From the IMG/VR virus record IMGVR_UViG_3300028833_000077: a stretch of DNA of 64,000 nt. The stretch is one strand, 5' to 3'. Shown piece after piece: positions 49,101 through 59,814 of this stretch (positions are counted from its first letter, which is position 1; every line of letters starts with the position of its first letter). The position numbers were made by a program, and so were the translations under genes. The notes under the pieces are model-generated. The model saw only the letters and a list, made by a program, of their open reading frames with translations, was not told where the DNA came from and made no database searches. The DNA is from a virus. Its lineage: Duplodnaviria > Caudoviricetes.

Positions 49101-50306
49101 ATGGAAGGTTTAGATTTCAACAACATCCTTAGTGCTGGAGAGGTGGACACATTGTTCCAAGAGCCTGAGGATACTACTGAGGAGGAGACCTCAGCAGAGA
49201 AGGGGAGTAAAGCCCCCGATGAACATGGTGATACAGGAAACAAGACTACTGAGACTGATTCAGGTGAGCTCTTTGGAGGCTTTGAAGAGGAGCCGGAGAA
49301 GAAGGGGGATAAGGAACCTGAGCAGTCAGAGAGCGTAGGTAGTGGAAAAGAAACAGAAGGTGAGGGAGATTCCTCCACTGATGGCAGTGGCGGCTCTTCT
49401 CCAAATGAAAACCTCTACTCTTCCATGGCCGACGCTCTGGCAGAGGATGGAGTCTTCCCAAACCTTGATGAAGAGACCGTAAGGAATGCTACTGATGCAG
49501 AGTCCCTCAGCGACCTGTTTGAGCAGGAGGTTCTTGCAAGACTGGATGACAAGACAAGACGTGTGGCAAAGGCCTTGGAGAATGGCATAGAGCCCACTGA
49601 TGTCAGAAAGTATGAGAACACCTTGGACTTCATCCACTCCATCAAGGAGTCGGATCTCAATGAGGAGAGTGAGAAGGGAGAGCAGCTCAGGCGCAACCTC
49701 ATCTATCAGGACTACATCAACAAGGGCTATTCAGCAGAGAGGGCTCAGAAGCTCACCCAGCGTTCCCTTGACAATGGCACTGATGTGGAGGATGCAAAGG
49801 ATGCACTTCAAGGCAATCTGGAGTTCTTCCAGAAAGCCTATGACAATCTCCTTCAGGAGGCTGAGCAAGAGGCTCAGGCGGCCAAGGTGGAGAGGAAGAA
49901 GCAGACTGAGAAGCTCAAGGACGGCATCATGAAGGACAAGTCGGTGATGGGTGATATGGATATCTCCCTTGACATGAGGAGGAAGACATTCGACAACATC
50001 ACCAAGCCTGTCTACAGAGATCCTGAGACTGGCGAGTATCTCACAGCACTCCAGAAGTATGAGTCTGAGCATAGGGCTGACTTCCTCAAGTATGCAGGTC
50101 TCTTCTATACCCTGACCAATGGATTCAAGGACTTCAAGTCCTTCACCAAGGGACAGGTCAAGACGGAAGTAAGGAAAGGTCTGAGAGAGCTGGAGGCCAA
50201 GCTCAGTAATACAAAGAGGAGTTCTGACGGCAGTCTTAAGATGGTATCTACTGTAAAGGATGATCCCGAGTCCTACTTTGGAGATGGCTTCAGGCTTGAC
50301 ATTTAA
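49101..50306 (+). CDS. Acidic scaffold-like protein upstream of MCP
   Basis: Acidic disordered N-terminus; position before the capsid gene as in crAss-like phages. Confidence 0.7.
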   Translation: MEGLDFNNILSAGEVDTLFQEPEDTTEEETSAEKGSKAPDEHGDTGNKTTETDSGELFGGFEEEPEKKGDKEPEQSESVGSGKETEGEGDSSTDGSGGSSPNENLYSSMADALAEDGVFPNLDEETVRNATDAESLSDLFEQEVLARLDDKTRRVAKALENGIEPTDVRKYENTLDFIHSIKESDLNEESEKGEQLRRNLIYQDYINKGYSAERAQKLTQRSLDNGTDVEDAKDALQGNLEFFQKAYDNLLQEAEQEAQAAKVERKKQTEKLKDGIMKDKSVMGDMDISLDMRRKTFDNITKPVYRDPETGEYLTALQKYESEHRADFLKYAGLFYTLTNGFKDFKSFTKGQVKTEVRKGLRELEAKLSNTKRSSDGSLKMVSTVKDDPESYFGDGFRLDI

Positions 50307-50359
50307 AGACTTTTCCATCAGATTTGGAAAGTAGTTTTTAATGTTAAAATAGAAGTGAA

Positions 50360-52727
50360 ATGGCTGGTAAATTAGGTAAATTTCAAAAGCAGACATTTAG
50401 TTATTGGAAAGGCGATACATTGAAGAAGCACCACATGGGTGCCCTCTTCCTTCGTAAGCCTCAGATGGCAACTGACCTGATGGTTCAGCTGCTTGCCTGG
50501 CATAAAGGTAAGACACTGAACACATTCCTGTCACAGTTCCCCACAAAGACTTTTGACACGGATGATGAGTACACATGGCAGATCATTGGCAGTGCCCGTA
50601 GGAACTATGCACTGGTAGAGGCAAGGGACATTGATGGTAATGTCATTGATGAGAACTACCCCAACAATGTTGGTATTGGTGGTGAGCCATTCTACCTGGT
50701 GTTCAAGGAGGACTGGATTGGTGACTCCGAGATTGTGGTTGGTGAACTCAATGAGCTCTATCCCATGAGGCACCTTGAGGGCCATGGCCGCAATGAAGGC
50801 TCAAACACCGTGTACAGGGTTTCAGCCTGGGGTTCTGTCCGTGGTGGTATTCCTGTAGAGGAACTGCTTCCTGGCAAGAGGTTCTCAGTTGAGTATGCAC
50901 CTGTTGAGGGTGAGCTGTCTCGTAAGGCAGGTACCGTAAGGTTCTCTAGCCCCATCAGCATGCGTAATGAGTTCTCTCACATCCGTATCCACACCAAGGT
51001 ATCTGGTGCCCTCCTGAATGACAAGGTGGCATTTGGTGTACCTGTAGTCCGTGAGACTCCCAATGGAGGTAAGAAGGATGTGGTGGACATGTGGATGCAT
51101 GAGGTTCAGTGGCAGCTGGAGCAGCAGTGGGATGAGTACAAGAACTACATCCTTGCATTTGGCCGTAGCAACAGGGATGCCAATGGTGAGTACCATGACT
51201 TTGGTAAGTCAGGTGAGGCCATCCGCACTGGTGCAGGTTTGTATGAGCAGATGGAGTATGGTAACACAGACTTCTACAACACCTTCTCACTGAAGAGGTT
51301 GATGGAGAACATCTACAACATCAGCCGTGCAAACCTTGACTTCAATCAGCGTAACTTCATCATCAAGACTGGTGAGATGGGTGCTATCCAGTTCTCTAAG
51401 GCAGCTATGACTGAAGGTTCAGGTTGGAGTCCTATCACTTATGAGTACAGTGCCTCTGAGCTGGGCATCATGTCTCCCACCACAAGCAAGATGACTCCTC
51501 ATGGAGGCGCATTCAAGATGGTTGCTCCTCAGGTGACTGAGTTCATTGCTCCTAACGGTGCATATGTGAAGATTGATGTTGACAGCTACTATGATGATCC
51601 TGTCCGCAACAAGATTCAGCATCCTCTTGGAGGTCCTGCCATGTCTTACCGTTATGACATCTTTGACATTGGTACCATGGATCAGCCCAACATCTTCAAG
51701 TGTGCTGTCAAGGGTCAGGAAGGTGACTTTACGAGTTATGAGTGGGGATTAGCGGCCTAGAGTGGCCTTTACGACATTTCTGAGTTCCCACCCTTCCTCA
51801 GGAACAGAATAAGGAAAATAAACGAGGTTAATTGCTGGAAGTTCCTTAGAGCTTCAAAAGGTTTTTACAAGGTTTCAAACATTTAAATATGGAAACAGAA
51901 GAGATTTGGAAAAGCTTACCCGAGTATGTTGGCATAGAGGTTAGCAACTTAGGCAGAGTAAGAAAGAACACAAGAAAACATCATAACGATGTAATCAGTG
52001 AGTTCTGTAAAGATAGAGATGGTTACTGTAGATGCACAGTATTCCTTCCAGACGGGAGAAAGACTTCAGCACCAGTACACAGGTTAGTAGCAAAAGCGTT
52101 CATTGACAATCCTGATAATAAGACCTGTGTAAACCATAAGGATAATGATAGGACAAACAATAGAGTTGAGAATCTAGAATGGGTGACACCAAAGGAAAAT
52201 GTCAGACATTCATTCTTGCATGGTAACAGAAAGGTACATAAGGAGGTTCCCACTAATACAGTGCTGACAGACTTCCAAGTGTTCCAAATAGACAAACTGA
52301 GAACCATATACTCAGTCAGTCAGATAGCCAAGCTGTTCAATATCAAATATACCACTCTAAAGAACATCATAAGAAAAGTAAAAACCAGAAGATTGGATAA
52401 CCAGCAGCCAAGCATATATCAAGATATATATGAAGGTTCAACGACTATCCCGGAAGGGAGTAAGGCTTAAGTAAGTCTGAAATGCCTCGCCTGCACAGAG
52501 TGCAGTGAAGATATAGTCTGAACTTCCATGAAAGTGGAAGAGAGTACATGGAAACGATGTATTCGCAACACATAAATGTCAGAAATCCATTTACAGGACA
52601 AATGGGCAATCCTAACATGAGTCACGATGAAGACTCCGCAACAATCCATAAGTTTACAACAACTGGTGTTTGCGTGTTAGACCCAACCAGAACGATGAGT
52701 TTCATCCCCAGTATCTTACAGGGATAG
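50360..52727 (+). CDS. Major capsid protein, two exons (50360-51749 and 52579-52727; 512 aa spliced)
   Basis: Exon 2 reads RNPFTGQ...HDEDSA...DPTRTMS.IP, a crAss-like MCP C-terminus; junction gives EWG-F-RNPF. Confidence 0.9.
51750..52578 (+). mobile_element. Group I intron in the MCP gene
   Basis: IGS at 51776-51791; P AATTGCTGGAA, Q AACCAGCAG, R GTTCAACGACTA, S AAGATATAGTC; terminal G. Confidence 0.92.
51889..52470 (+). CDS. Intron-encoded NUMOD4-HNH homing endonuclease
   Basis: EIWK..VSN.GRV, VHRLVA.AF, VNHKD..R.NN...NLEW. Confidence 0.9.
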   Translation: METEEIWKSLPEYVGIEVSNLGRVRKNTRKHHNDVISEFCKDRDGYCRCTVFLPDGRKTSAPVHRLVAKAFIDNPDNKTCVNHKDNDRTNNRVENLEWVTPKENVRHSFLHGNRKVHKEVPTNTVLTDFQVFQIDKLRTIYSVSQIAKLFNIKYTTLKNIIRKVKTRRLDNQQPSIYQDIYEGSTTIPEGSKA

Positions 52728-52820
52728 TAGAGGAAAAAGGAGATGGAGTGAGAGGAGTAACATCCTCTCCTCCAAAGCCTTTAAAACAAACAGTAGACAA
52801 CTTTTAAGGAGAAGAAATAA

Positions 52821-53849
52821 ATGAGTAAGAGTAGAGTAGAAAAAGAAGAAGGTCAGATGGAATTGGATAACTTCACAATTGACACTACACCACAGCCAAG
52901 GGTCATACAGCCCAATCCGCAGTATGAGCCTGAGTACACCCCGAAGGCACCTGTCTTACAGGAGGAGCCTCAGGAGCTGGTCAACTGTCTCAGGAATGAG
53001 AGGGTTGAGGTGAAGTTCATTCCTAAGGAGAGTGGTCTTGTAACAGATCCCAACCATGTCCTGTCTGGCGGTATGTCAGAGAATGCCACAAGGAGCTATG
53101 TAGTTCCCAAGTTGGCTTCTACTGGTATGTACAAGAATGTCCTCACCAATGATGAGATGGCATATCTTGAGTATGTGATGGGCCTTGAGAAGGGCACCCT
53201 AAGTGTCTATAGGAGACGCGACAACTTCTGGGATGACAGCAATCCCAATGGTATAGGCAGGGTGACTCTCCACAAAAGAGGCAACTATCTTGATCTGAGT
53301 ACCCCATCGGACTACATCAAGTACAAGATACTGCTGGCCAACAAGAACTACATCTGTCCCTCTGTGAAGGAACTGGAGGAGAAGCCAAAGGCAACCTACC
53401 AGTATGTGATTGTATCAGAGGCAGCAGAGATGAAGAGTAACCTCAGCAAGGGTGATGCAACCATTGAGTGCTACACTGAGTATGGTGCCATCCGTAATGA
53501 TGCAGACAGGCTGAGGACCATTGTGGAACTGATGGAGAAGAGACCTACTGCCCCTAAGGTGAAGCTTGACTACCTCCAAGGCAAGGTCATGGAGTACATC
53601 CAGACAGACCCAAGGAAGACACTGAGGCTGCTTACAGACCCGCTTCTTCCTGCCAAGGTACTCATCAAGCTTGGTACTGAGAAGGGCATCTTAAGCTGGA
53701 GGAACAATCTCTATTACCTCCGTCAGGACAACAGTCCACTGTGTGAGATGGGTGAGGAGTCAACTCTCAACAATGCTGCAAGGTTCATCAGCAGTCCCAA
53801 GCACAGTGAGATAAAGTACCTCATAGAGGCAAAACTTAAAGAAGAATAA
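52821..53849 (+). CDS. Conserved crAss-like protein following MCP
   Basis: LDLS.P.DYIKYKIL.AN, ATYQ motifs. Confidence 0.7.
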   Translation: MSKSRVEKEEGQMELDNFTIDTTPQPRVIQPNPQYEPEYTPKAPVLQEEPQELVNCLRNERVEVKFIPKESGLVTDPNHVLSGGMSENATRSYVVPKLASTGMYKNVLTNDEMAYLEYVMGLEKGTLSVYRRRDNFWDDSNPNGIGRVTLHKRGNYLDLSTPSDYIKYKILLANKNYICPSVKELEEKPKATYQYVIVSEAAEMKSNLSKGDATIECYTEYGAIRNDADRLRTIVELMEKRPTAPKVKLDYLQGKVMEYIQTDPRKTLRLLTDPLLPAKVLIKLGTEKGILSWRNNLYYLRQDNSPLCEMGEESTLNNAARFISSPKHSEIKYLIEAKLKEE

Positions 53850-53904
53850 TCAATCAGGTGGGGGAGTAATCCCCTGCCTATTTAAAAGATAGGAGACAGT
53901 AAGA

Positions 53905-54657
53905 ATGGATTCCCAAGAGTGGCTTGACAGGTTCGACCTGCTTTACAATAACGTTACATCCAATCAGGCCCCTGGACTGACAGTCTGGGAGATAAGTGTA
54001 TTCTGCACCAAGGCTCAGGATGAGATTCTAAAGAATTACTTTCTTCCTCAGAGCAATCCCAAGCAGGCAGGCTATGATGACAATCAGAAGAGGCAGATAG
54101 ACTTCTCGTCTCTTACTGTGGCAGCAGAGATAACTAAGGGTGAACCTCCTCTATTTGATAAAAGGACTAATACGCAGAGTATTACTCTTCCTGAGGATAT
54201 AATGGTGATTATCAATGAGATGACTAATGTCCTCAGGAATGGTGCTATAGTTCCTTTGGTGACTGTCCCCATTAAGTATGATGAGTATGCAAGGCGAATG
54301 AGCAAGCCTTTCAAGCGTCCTGTAAAGAATCAGGCATGGAGACTTATTATCCATGATACAAAGAATAAGGCAGACCTGATTATAGGACCTAGTGATGTCT
54401 TCAAATCCTATGACATTAGATACGTCAAACAGCCAAAGCCCATCATTCTTGACAACCTTGATGGACTGACTATCAATGGCTATGAGTTTGATGGTCCTGG
54501 TGCTACTGGTTCCAAGAGAGCAAAAGGATGTGAGCTTGACCCTATGCTTCATGAGGAGATTCTCCAGAGGGCTGTAGAGCTTGCCAAAGTAGCATGGACG
54601 GCTACTGGCAATGACAACATCCAGGCTGTCATCCAAGCAGGCCAGAGGAGTGAATAA
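53905..54657 (+). CDS. Tail ring/connector protein
   Basis: E.SV..TKAQ, Y.IRY.K.P.PIIL, CEL....H.EI...AV. Confidence 0.75.
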   Translation: MDSQEWLDRFDLLYNNVTSNQAPGLTVWEISVFCTKAQDEILKNYFLPQSNPKQAGYDDNQKRQIDFSSLTVAAEITKGEPPLFDKRTNTQSITLPEDIMVIINEMTNVLRNGAIVPLVTVPIKYDEYARRMSKPFKRPVKNQAWRLIIHDTKNKADLIIGPSDVFKSYDIRYVKQPKPIILDNLDGLTINGYEFDGPGATGSKRAKGCELDPMLHEEILQRAVELAKVAWTATGNDNIQAVIQAGQRSE

Positions 54658-54689
54658 TATTGTTTAATTAAATACTAGGAGGATAATAA

Positions 54690-55526
54690 ATGACCATTTC
54701 GGAATTTTCTGACAGCTTCGATTCATTGCTCAATAGTTATGCATCACAAGCTATGTTCGGTAAGGAAGCCTCTCAGAACGAGATAGTCCTTGACGAATAT
54801 GAGAAGTCTGTCATTCTGACTCAGTCTCAGGATATTGTCGTCAAGAGCCTTTTCAGTGAGAAGACCAACAGTGTGGGTGAGGGCTTTGATGACTCCACCA
54901 GAAGGCAGATAGACTTCAGTTCCCTCATCACTACGGCTGACCTTAAGAGGGCAGATGACCAATCATCAGTCTATGATGACAGGGGTATCCTCTACCTGAT
55001 GCCTCTTAGGAGTGACAGTGAGGATGCCATCAATGTGTTTGACTACACCTATGATGAGACATTCCATCCGACAGGCAAGGGTACACCTATTACTGATGTG
55101 TTGTTCATCTTGAATGAGAAGCTGATTACTTCCTGCAATGGACTGAGGAAGACCTATGTGGTCATTCCCATCAACTATAAGGAGTATGACAGAATCATGT
55201 CAAAACCTTATGCCCAGCCTCTCAAGAAGCAGGCATGGAGACTCCTTCAGAACAATGCCAGAGGGTTTGACCTGAAGACAGAGCTCATTCCCAGATGGAA
55301 CCTTGTAGGAGGTGAGACCATTCAGGCATACAGGATCAGGTATATCAGGAGACCTTATCCCATCATCCTTACGGACCTGCCAGACGGTCTTAACATTGAT
55401 GGATTCACGAAGGCTAAGGAGTGTGAGTTGAACCCCATTCTCCATCCTGAGATTGTCCAGAAGGCAGTGGAGATAGCAGCCAGCACAAGAGGTCTTGTAA
55501 GGCCTTCAGAGAGACAGCAGTCATAA
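54690..55526 (+). CDS. Tail ring/connector protein (paralog)
   Basis: Same motifs as 53905..54657. Confidence 0.75.
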   Translation: MTISEFSDSFDSLLNSYASQAMFGKEASQNEIVLDEYEKSVILTQSQDIVVKSLFSEKTNSVGEGFDDSTRRQIDFSSLITTADLKRADDQSSVYDDRGILYLMPLRSDSEDAINVFDYTYDETFHPTGKGTPITDVLFILNEKLITSCNGLRKTYVVIPINYKEYDRIMSKPYAQPLKKQAWRLLQNNARGFDLKTELIPRWNLVGGETIQAYRIRYIRRPYPIILTDLPDGLNIDGFTKAKECELNPILHPEIVQKAVEIAASTRGLVRPSERQQS

Positions 55527-55549
55527 ACTAATAATAGGAGGGCAGCAAA

Positions 55550-56272
55550 TTGAGTATTGATGAAATGAGTGATGGGTTCTCTACCCTTGTGAATTCGTAC
55601 CACAGGTTCAAGGATTTTGACCGTCAGGAGATACTCGACAGCATTGAGTTTGATGAGTATGAGAAATCACTCTACCTGACCAAGTCCCAAGATGACCTTG
55701 TGCTTGCTCTCTATACAGGCAAGAATACCTTTGGTGATACCTTTGAGGGTACTGAGGAGATGCGCAGGCACCTTTCCAGTGTAGTCAAGGAGGCAAGACT
55801 TGAGCCTATAGTCACTTCCAATGGTATGCCTCTTGGCATGGAGAGCAGCTCAAAGTTCTTCACACTGCCTGATGACTTGTGGTTCATCACCTATGAGTGT
55901 GCAGCCATTGCAGATACCAGCTGTGAGAGCCTGATTAATCAGGATGTATTGCCAGTCAAGCAGGATGAGTACCACAAGATAAAGAGGGATCCCTTCAGAG
56001 GTGCCAATGGCAGGAGGGTGCTGAGGCTTGACCTTGCAGACAATGTGATAGAGCTTGTCTCCAAGACACCAGTAGCCAGCTACTACATCAGGTACATCAA
56101 GCTGCTGAGTCCCATCATCCTTGAGGATCTGCCTCCTGGGCTGACCATTCGCCACAAGAGTGAGAGGACTCCCTGTGAACTCCATGAGGGATTGCATGAG
56201 AAGATACTGGAGCATGCAGTAATGCTTGCTCTTCAGAGTAAAGGATACAACACAAAAAATGAGAATAAGTAA
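55550..56272 (+). CDS. Tail ring/connector protein (paralog)
   Basis: Same motifs. Confidence 0.75.
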   Translation: MSIDEMSDGFSTLVNSYHRFKDFDRQEILDSIEFDEYEKSLYLTKSQDDLVLALYTGKNTFGDTFEGTEEMRRHLSSVVKEARLEPIVTSNGMPLGMESSSKFFTLPDDLWFITYECAAIADTSCESLINQDVLPVKQDEYHKIKRDPFRGANGRRVLRLDLADNVIELVSKTPVASYYIRYIKLLSPIILEDLPPGLTIRHKSERTPCELHEGLHEKILEHAVMLALQSKGYNTKNENK

Positions 56273-56326
56273 CGCTGATGGTATGCCATGACCTGATGCT
56301 ATGTTTAATTTAATTGATTTACACTT

Positions 56327-57286
56327 ATGGCAGTTTATTCAACCAACCAGAACAGACATTTGTTTGTAGCCAAGTCCTACAAGGCAACTGTTGATGAAAC
56401 CTCCGATGTAGGTACAATAGGTGGTGTCAAGGTGGTAGACGGAGGTCTTGACAAGGAATTGTACTTTATGTATCGTGGTGTTGATGGCATCATGAAGAGT
56501 GATAGGATTCAGCTGAAGAACTTCAACTATGCGAAGGCCATTGCAGCTGGGGATCTCCAGATTCCCATGAAGAGGGTTGAGGTAACACTTGACTCTGAGG
56601 TGAATGGTGGCAATCCTGTTGCTTCACAGGACTACATCCTGAGGATTGAGTTCCGCAACTGGTGTGGTGCTGGTGATGATGTTCGCTACTTCAAGGACGG
56701 TGCAGTTCATGCCACATCAGCAACTACTCCTGCAGAGTTCTACAAGTGCATGAAGCAGTCACTGGACAATGCATTCTCCCGTGAGCCCTATGCCACAAGG
56801 GATTCCAATCCTTATCTGGCATTCATCCTTGACGATGAGGACAACCCCACCAAGCTGATTATCGAGGAGAAGCCCCAGCCTTGGGTGCTCGGTACAGAGC
56901 AGCAGGAGAGGGTTTACTTTGAGGTACAGCCCACGACCATCTACACTGCAGGTGATGACTTCATCTGGGGTAAGGCAGAGGTTGTTGCTCCTGTGACCAA
57001 GATTGGCAACGGCAAGCAGATTGCAGACCTTGAGTGGTTCTGCATGGGTGAGCGTGGTGACCAGTACAGGATGAAAGGATGGCCTAACTACATTGCCACT
57101 GCCTATCTGGTAGATCCCTCCAAGGAGTACAATGTGCTGGAACTGCACTTTGCCTTCACTGATGAGGGTGTAAGCAGCTACCGCAGTGAGAAGGACATCA
57201 CCATTGTGTCTGATGATGCCTCAGTGCTCAACAGTCTCATCGGTGCCATCAACACTGCTGCAGGCGTTAATATTGGGACTCTCTAA
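56327..57286 (+). CDS. Auxiliary capsid protein (crAss-like)
   Basis: MA..S.NQ.RH.FV; IADLE.FCMGERGD.YR. Confidence 0.75.
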   Translation: MAVYSTNQNRHLFVAKSYKATVDETSDVGTIGGVKVVDGGLDKELYFMYRGVDGIMKSDRIQLKNFNYAKAIAAGDLQIPMKRVEVTLDSEVNGGNPVASQDYILRIEFRNWCGAGDDVRYFKDGAVHATSATTPAEFYKCMKQSLDNAFSREPYATRDSNPYLAFILDDEDNPTKLIIEEKPQPWVLGTEQQERVYFEVQPTTIYTAGDDFIWGKAEVVAPVTKIGNGKQIADLEWFCMGERGDQYRMKGWPNYIATAYLVDPSKEYNVLELHFAFTDEGVSSYRSEKDITIVSDDASVLNSLIGAINTAAGVNIGTL

Positions 57287-57345
57287 CTGACAGGGGGAGG
57301 GAAACTCCTTCCCCCTTCATTTATTAACAGTCAAACACACATAGA

Positions 57346-57693
57346 ATGCGAGTAATCAACTATATAGTACTATCCCCTACAGAGCCTTCCCAGACAGATG
57401 TCTTGTGGGTCAAGCCTATGGGAGGAGGTGTAGTGTTCTATCTGTTTGATGGAACGTGGAAGCCACTGAAGGTTGTTGACAGCAAGGGTACTCCCAATAC
57501 AAGTGATGACACCATATGGGAAGGTGGCAGCAGTGGTGGAGGACAGCTTGGTCCCAACACAGTAGGCTCTGAGGAAATCATCAATGGAAGTGTGGGGCTC
57601 CAGGACCTCAACAAGGAGGTTACTGACAGGCTTGAGCATTCCTATGATGATGACAATGAAGCATTGTATCTTGACGGAACAAAACCACAATAA
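57346..57693 (+). CDS. Small head-fibre-like protein
   Basis: S.TEP..DVLW...Y...G.W. Confidence 0.55.
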   Translation: MRVINYIVLSPTEPSQTDVLWVKPMGGGVVFYLFDGTWKPLKVVDSKGTPNTSDDTIWEGGSSGGGQLGPNTVGSEEIINGSVGLQDLNKEVTDRLEHSYDDDNEALYLDGTKPQ

Positions 57694-57696
57694 TAT

Positions 57697-57927
57697 ATGG
57701 CAAAGACATCATTGCAGGACTATGAGTTCCTCCAGTGTGAGGATGGACTTTACTTCGGTAGGGCACTGAAGAATGGGTGCATCTCAAAGGATGCCCGTAA
57801 GCTCACTGAAGGAGAAATGGTGCAGATTCTCTCTGAGTTTGTGCAGGACTACTGTCTGAGGAATCAGAAGCCTCTCATACTGGAGAGGAATGGCAAGCCC
57901 TTCATAGAGGCCTATATAATCGTCTAG
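57697..57927 (+). CDS. Hypothetical protein
   Basis: ORF in operon. Confidence 0.6.
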   Translation: MAKTSLQDYEFLQCEDGLYFGRALKNGCISKDARKLTEGEMVQILSEFVQDYCLRNQKPLILERNGKPFIEAYIIV

Positions 57928-57981
57928 TATAATCTAAGGATAACATTCTTTTATTTTTTAACCATTTAATTTTTTACTATT

Positions 57982-58941
57982 ATGGCAGATAAGAAGTACA
58001 TTAGTAAGATTGTCAAGGGTTCAGATACCCTGTTTATCAAGGATGCCGAGGCCCAGCAGGACATTCTGGACATCAAGTCGTCAATCACTGGTGCCATGCA
58101 CTATGCTGGTATCACCACTACTGCTTTGGCAGAGGGTAGTACCACCAACCCCATCGTCATTGGTGGTGAGAACTATACCGCCAAGTCTGGTGATGTGGCC
58201 ATCTATGGTGAGCTTGAGTTTGTCTTCAATGGCACCAAGTGGCAGGAGTTCGGTTCTACTGGTTCACTGAAGGCCCTTGCTTTCAAGGACAGTGCCAGTG
58301 GCTCATTCACACCTGCTGGTACCAATGCACCCTCTGCTGTGACCTTCACTGGTCAGGCAAGCTCTGCATTCGTTACTGGTTACAATAATGATGCTGTTGC
58401 TCCCAGCAAGGCAGCTGACACCTTTGATGCAGGTTCACTCCCCAGCTTCACTGAGGGAACTTTCACTGCAGCTTCTCTTGGCGAGGGCTTCTACACTCCT
58501 GGTACAGCTCCCTCATTTGTTGAAGGTGCTTTCTCTCAGGGTACGCTCCCCTCACTGGGTGAGGCTACAACCAGCAACTTCGCTACTGAAGGTGAGGTTT
58601 CCACCTACACTGAGGCTACTGAGACCCTGACTCTGGCTGCTGCCGGCACATCTGCTGCTGTTACAGCTCAGGGTGCATTCTCTGCTGGTTCACTGCCCTC
58701 TAAGGCTGCTGACACATGGAACGCAGGTTCTATGGCTGCTATTGACACTACCAAGTTCAATGGTGGTTCCAAGGCTGCCGATACTTGGAGTGCAGGTTCT
58801 CTGCCCAGCTATACCGAGGGTGCATTCAGTGCAGGTTCTGCTGCTACTCTGGCTACTGCCAATGCTGTTACGGCTGTTGGTACTGCCGAGGCTGCTGCCC
58901 AGGTATTCTCTGGTACCACAGACACCATTACTGTGGAATAG
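57982..58941 (+). CDS. Fibre protein with GSLPS repeats
   Basis: IKDAEA anchor, F.G..W.EFG, repeated AGSLPS. Confidence 0.7.
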   Translation: MADKKYISKIVKGSDTLFIKDAEAQQDILDIKSSITGAMHYAGITTTALAEGSTTNPIVIGGENYTAKSGDVAIYGELEFVFNGTKWQEFGSTGSLKALAFKDSASGSFTPAGTNAPSAVTFTGQASSAFVTGYNNDAVAPSKAADTFDAGSLPSFTEGTFTAASLGEGFYTPGTAPSFVEGAFSQGTLPSLGEATTSNFATEGEVSTYTEATETLTLAAAGTSAAVTAQGAFSAGSLPSKAADTWNAGSMAAIDTTKFNGGSKAADTWSAGSLPSYTEGAFSAGSAATLATANAVTAVGTAEAAAQVFSGTTDTITVE

Positions 58942-58957
58942 TCAGTATCGTATTAGG

Positions 58958-58996
58958 AAAGGGAGGGGTGCAAAAATCCTCCCTCTCCCTTTTTTC
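58958..58996 (+). terminator. Intrinsic terminator
   Basis: GGGAGGGG...CCCTCTCCC plus T-run. Confidence 0.65.
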
Positions 58997-59026
58997 ATTT
59001 CTTAGTATTATAAACAGCAGAGGATT

Positions 59027-59809
59027 ATGGCCGATAACAATAGGAAATACATTTCAATCATAAACAAGGGAGGCGATGACATCTATATCAAGGATGTGGA
59101 GGCCAGAGAAGCCATCTCTCAGATAAGTGGCACTGGCAAGGCAGACAAGGTCACAGGTGCCACAGCAGGAGACTACGCAGCCCTTGACTCCAGTGGTAAT
59201 CTTACAGACAGTGGGTACAGTCCCAGTGACCATCCCACATTCACAGAGACAGCCTCACAGGTATCAGCATTGGATGCAACCCTTGTCACTGATGCACTCA
59301 GGAAGACCGCACAGACACTGACATCAGCCGAGAAGGCACAGGTGAGGACCAATCTCGGACTGGACTCCCTTTATCTCAGTACCAATGCGGCAAGCTCCTT
59401 TGTCAGTACAGGCCAGCAGACACTCACTTCAGCTGAGTTGGCTCAGATAAGGACTAACCTCGGGCTGGATTCAGTATATCTTCCACAGTCAGCAGCTGAT
59501 GATTATCTCCTCAAGGGACAGCAGACATTGACATCTGCTGAGATTGCCCAGATAAAGGAGAACCTTGGTCTTGACAGTTCCTACTTGAAGACAGGCACAC
59601 AGAACCTCTCCTCAGTGCAGAAGGCTCAGGTGAAGGCCAACCTTGACATCACTGATGCACAGCTTGCAGGAAATGCCACAGGACCCATCATTGCCCAGAG
59701 CAATACAAGCTACACTACTGCACAGGTCAGGAATATAGTCCTTTCCACCAGTGAGCCCACAAGCTCAGATGGCAACAATGGAGATATCTGGATTGTTTAT
59801 GAAGCATAA
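59027..59809 (+). CDS. Fibre protein with QTLTSAE.AQ.RTNLG repeats
   Basis: Four repeats; N-terminus similar to 57982. Confidence 0.7.
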   Translation: MADNNRKYISIINKGGDDIYIKDVEAREAISQISGTGKADKVTGATAGDYAALDSSGNLTDSGYSPSDHPTFTETASQVSALDATLVTDALRKTAQTLTSAEKAQVRTNLGLDSLYLSTNAASSFVSTGQQTLTSAELAQIRTNLGLDSVYLPQSAADDYLLKGQQTLTSAEIAQIKENLGLDSSYLKTGTQNLSSVQKAQVKANLDITDAQLAGNATGPIIAQSNTSYTTAQVRNIVLSTSEPTSSDGNNGDIWIVYEA

Positions 59810-59814
59810 CCACT

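Noticed and set aside
50360-51760. 466-aa capsid ORF ending ...WGLAA
   Set aside because: The stop lies inside the group I intron; the true C-terminus is in exon 2
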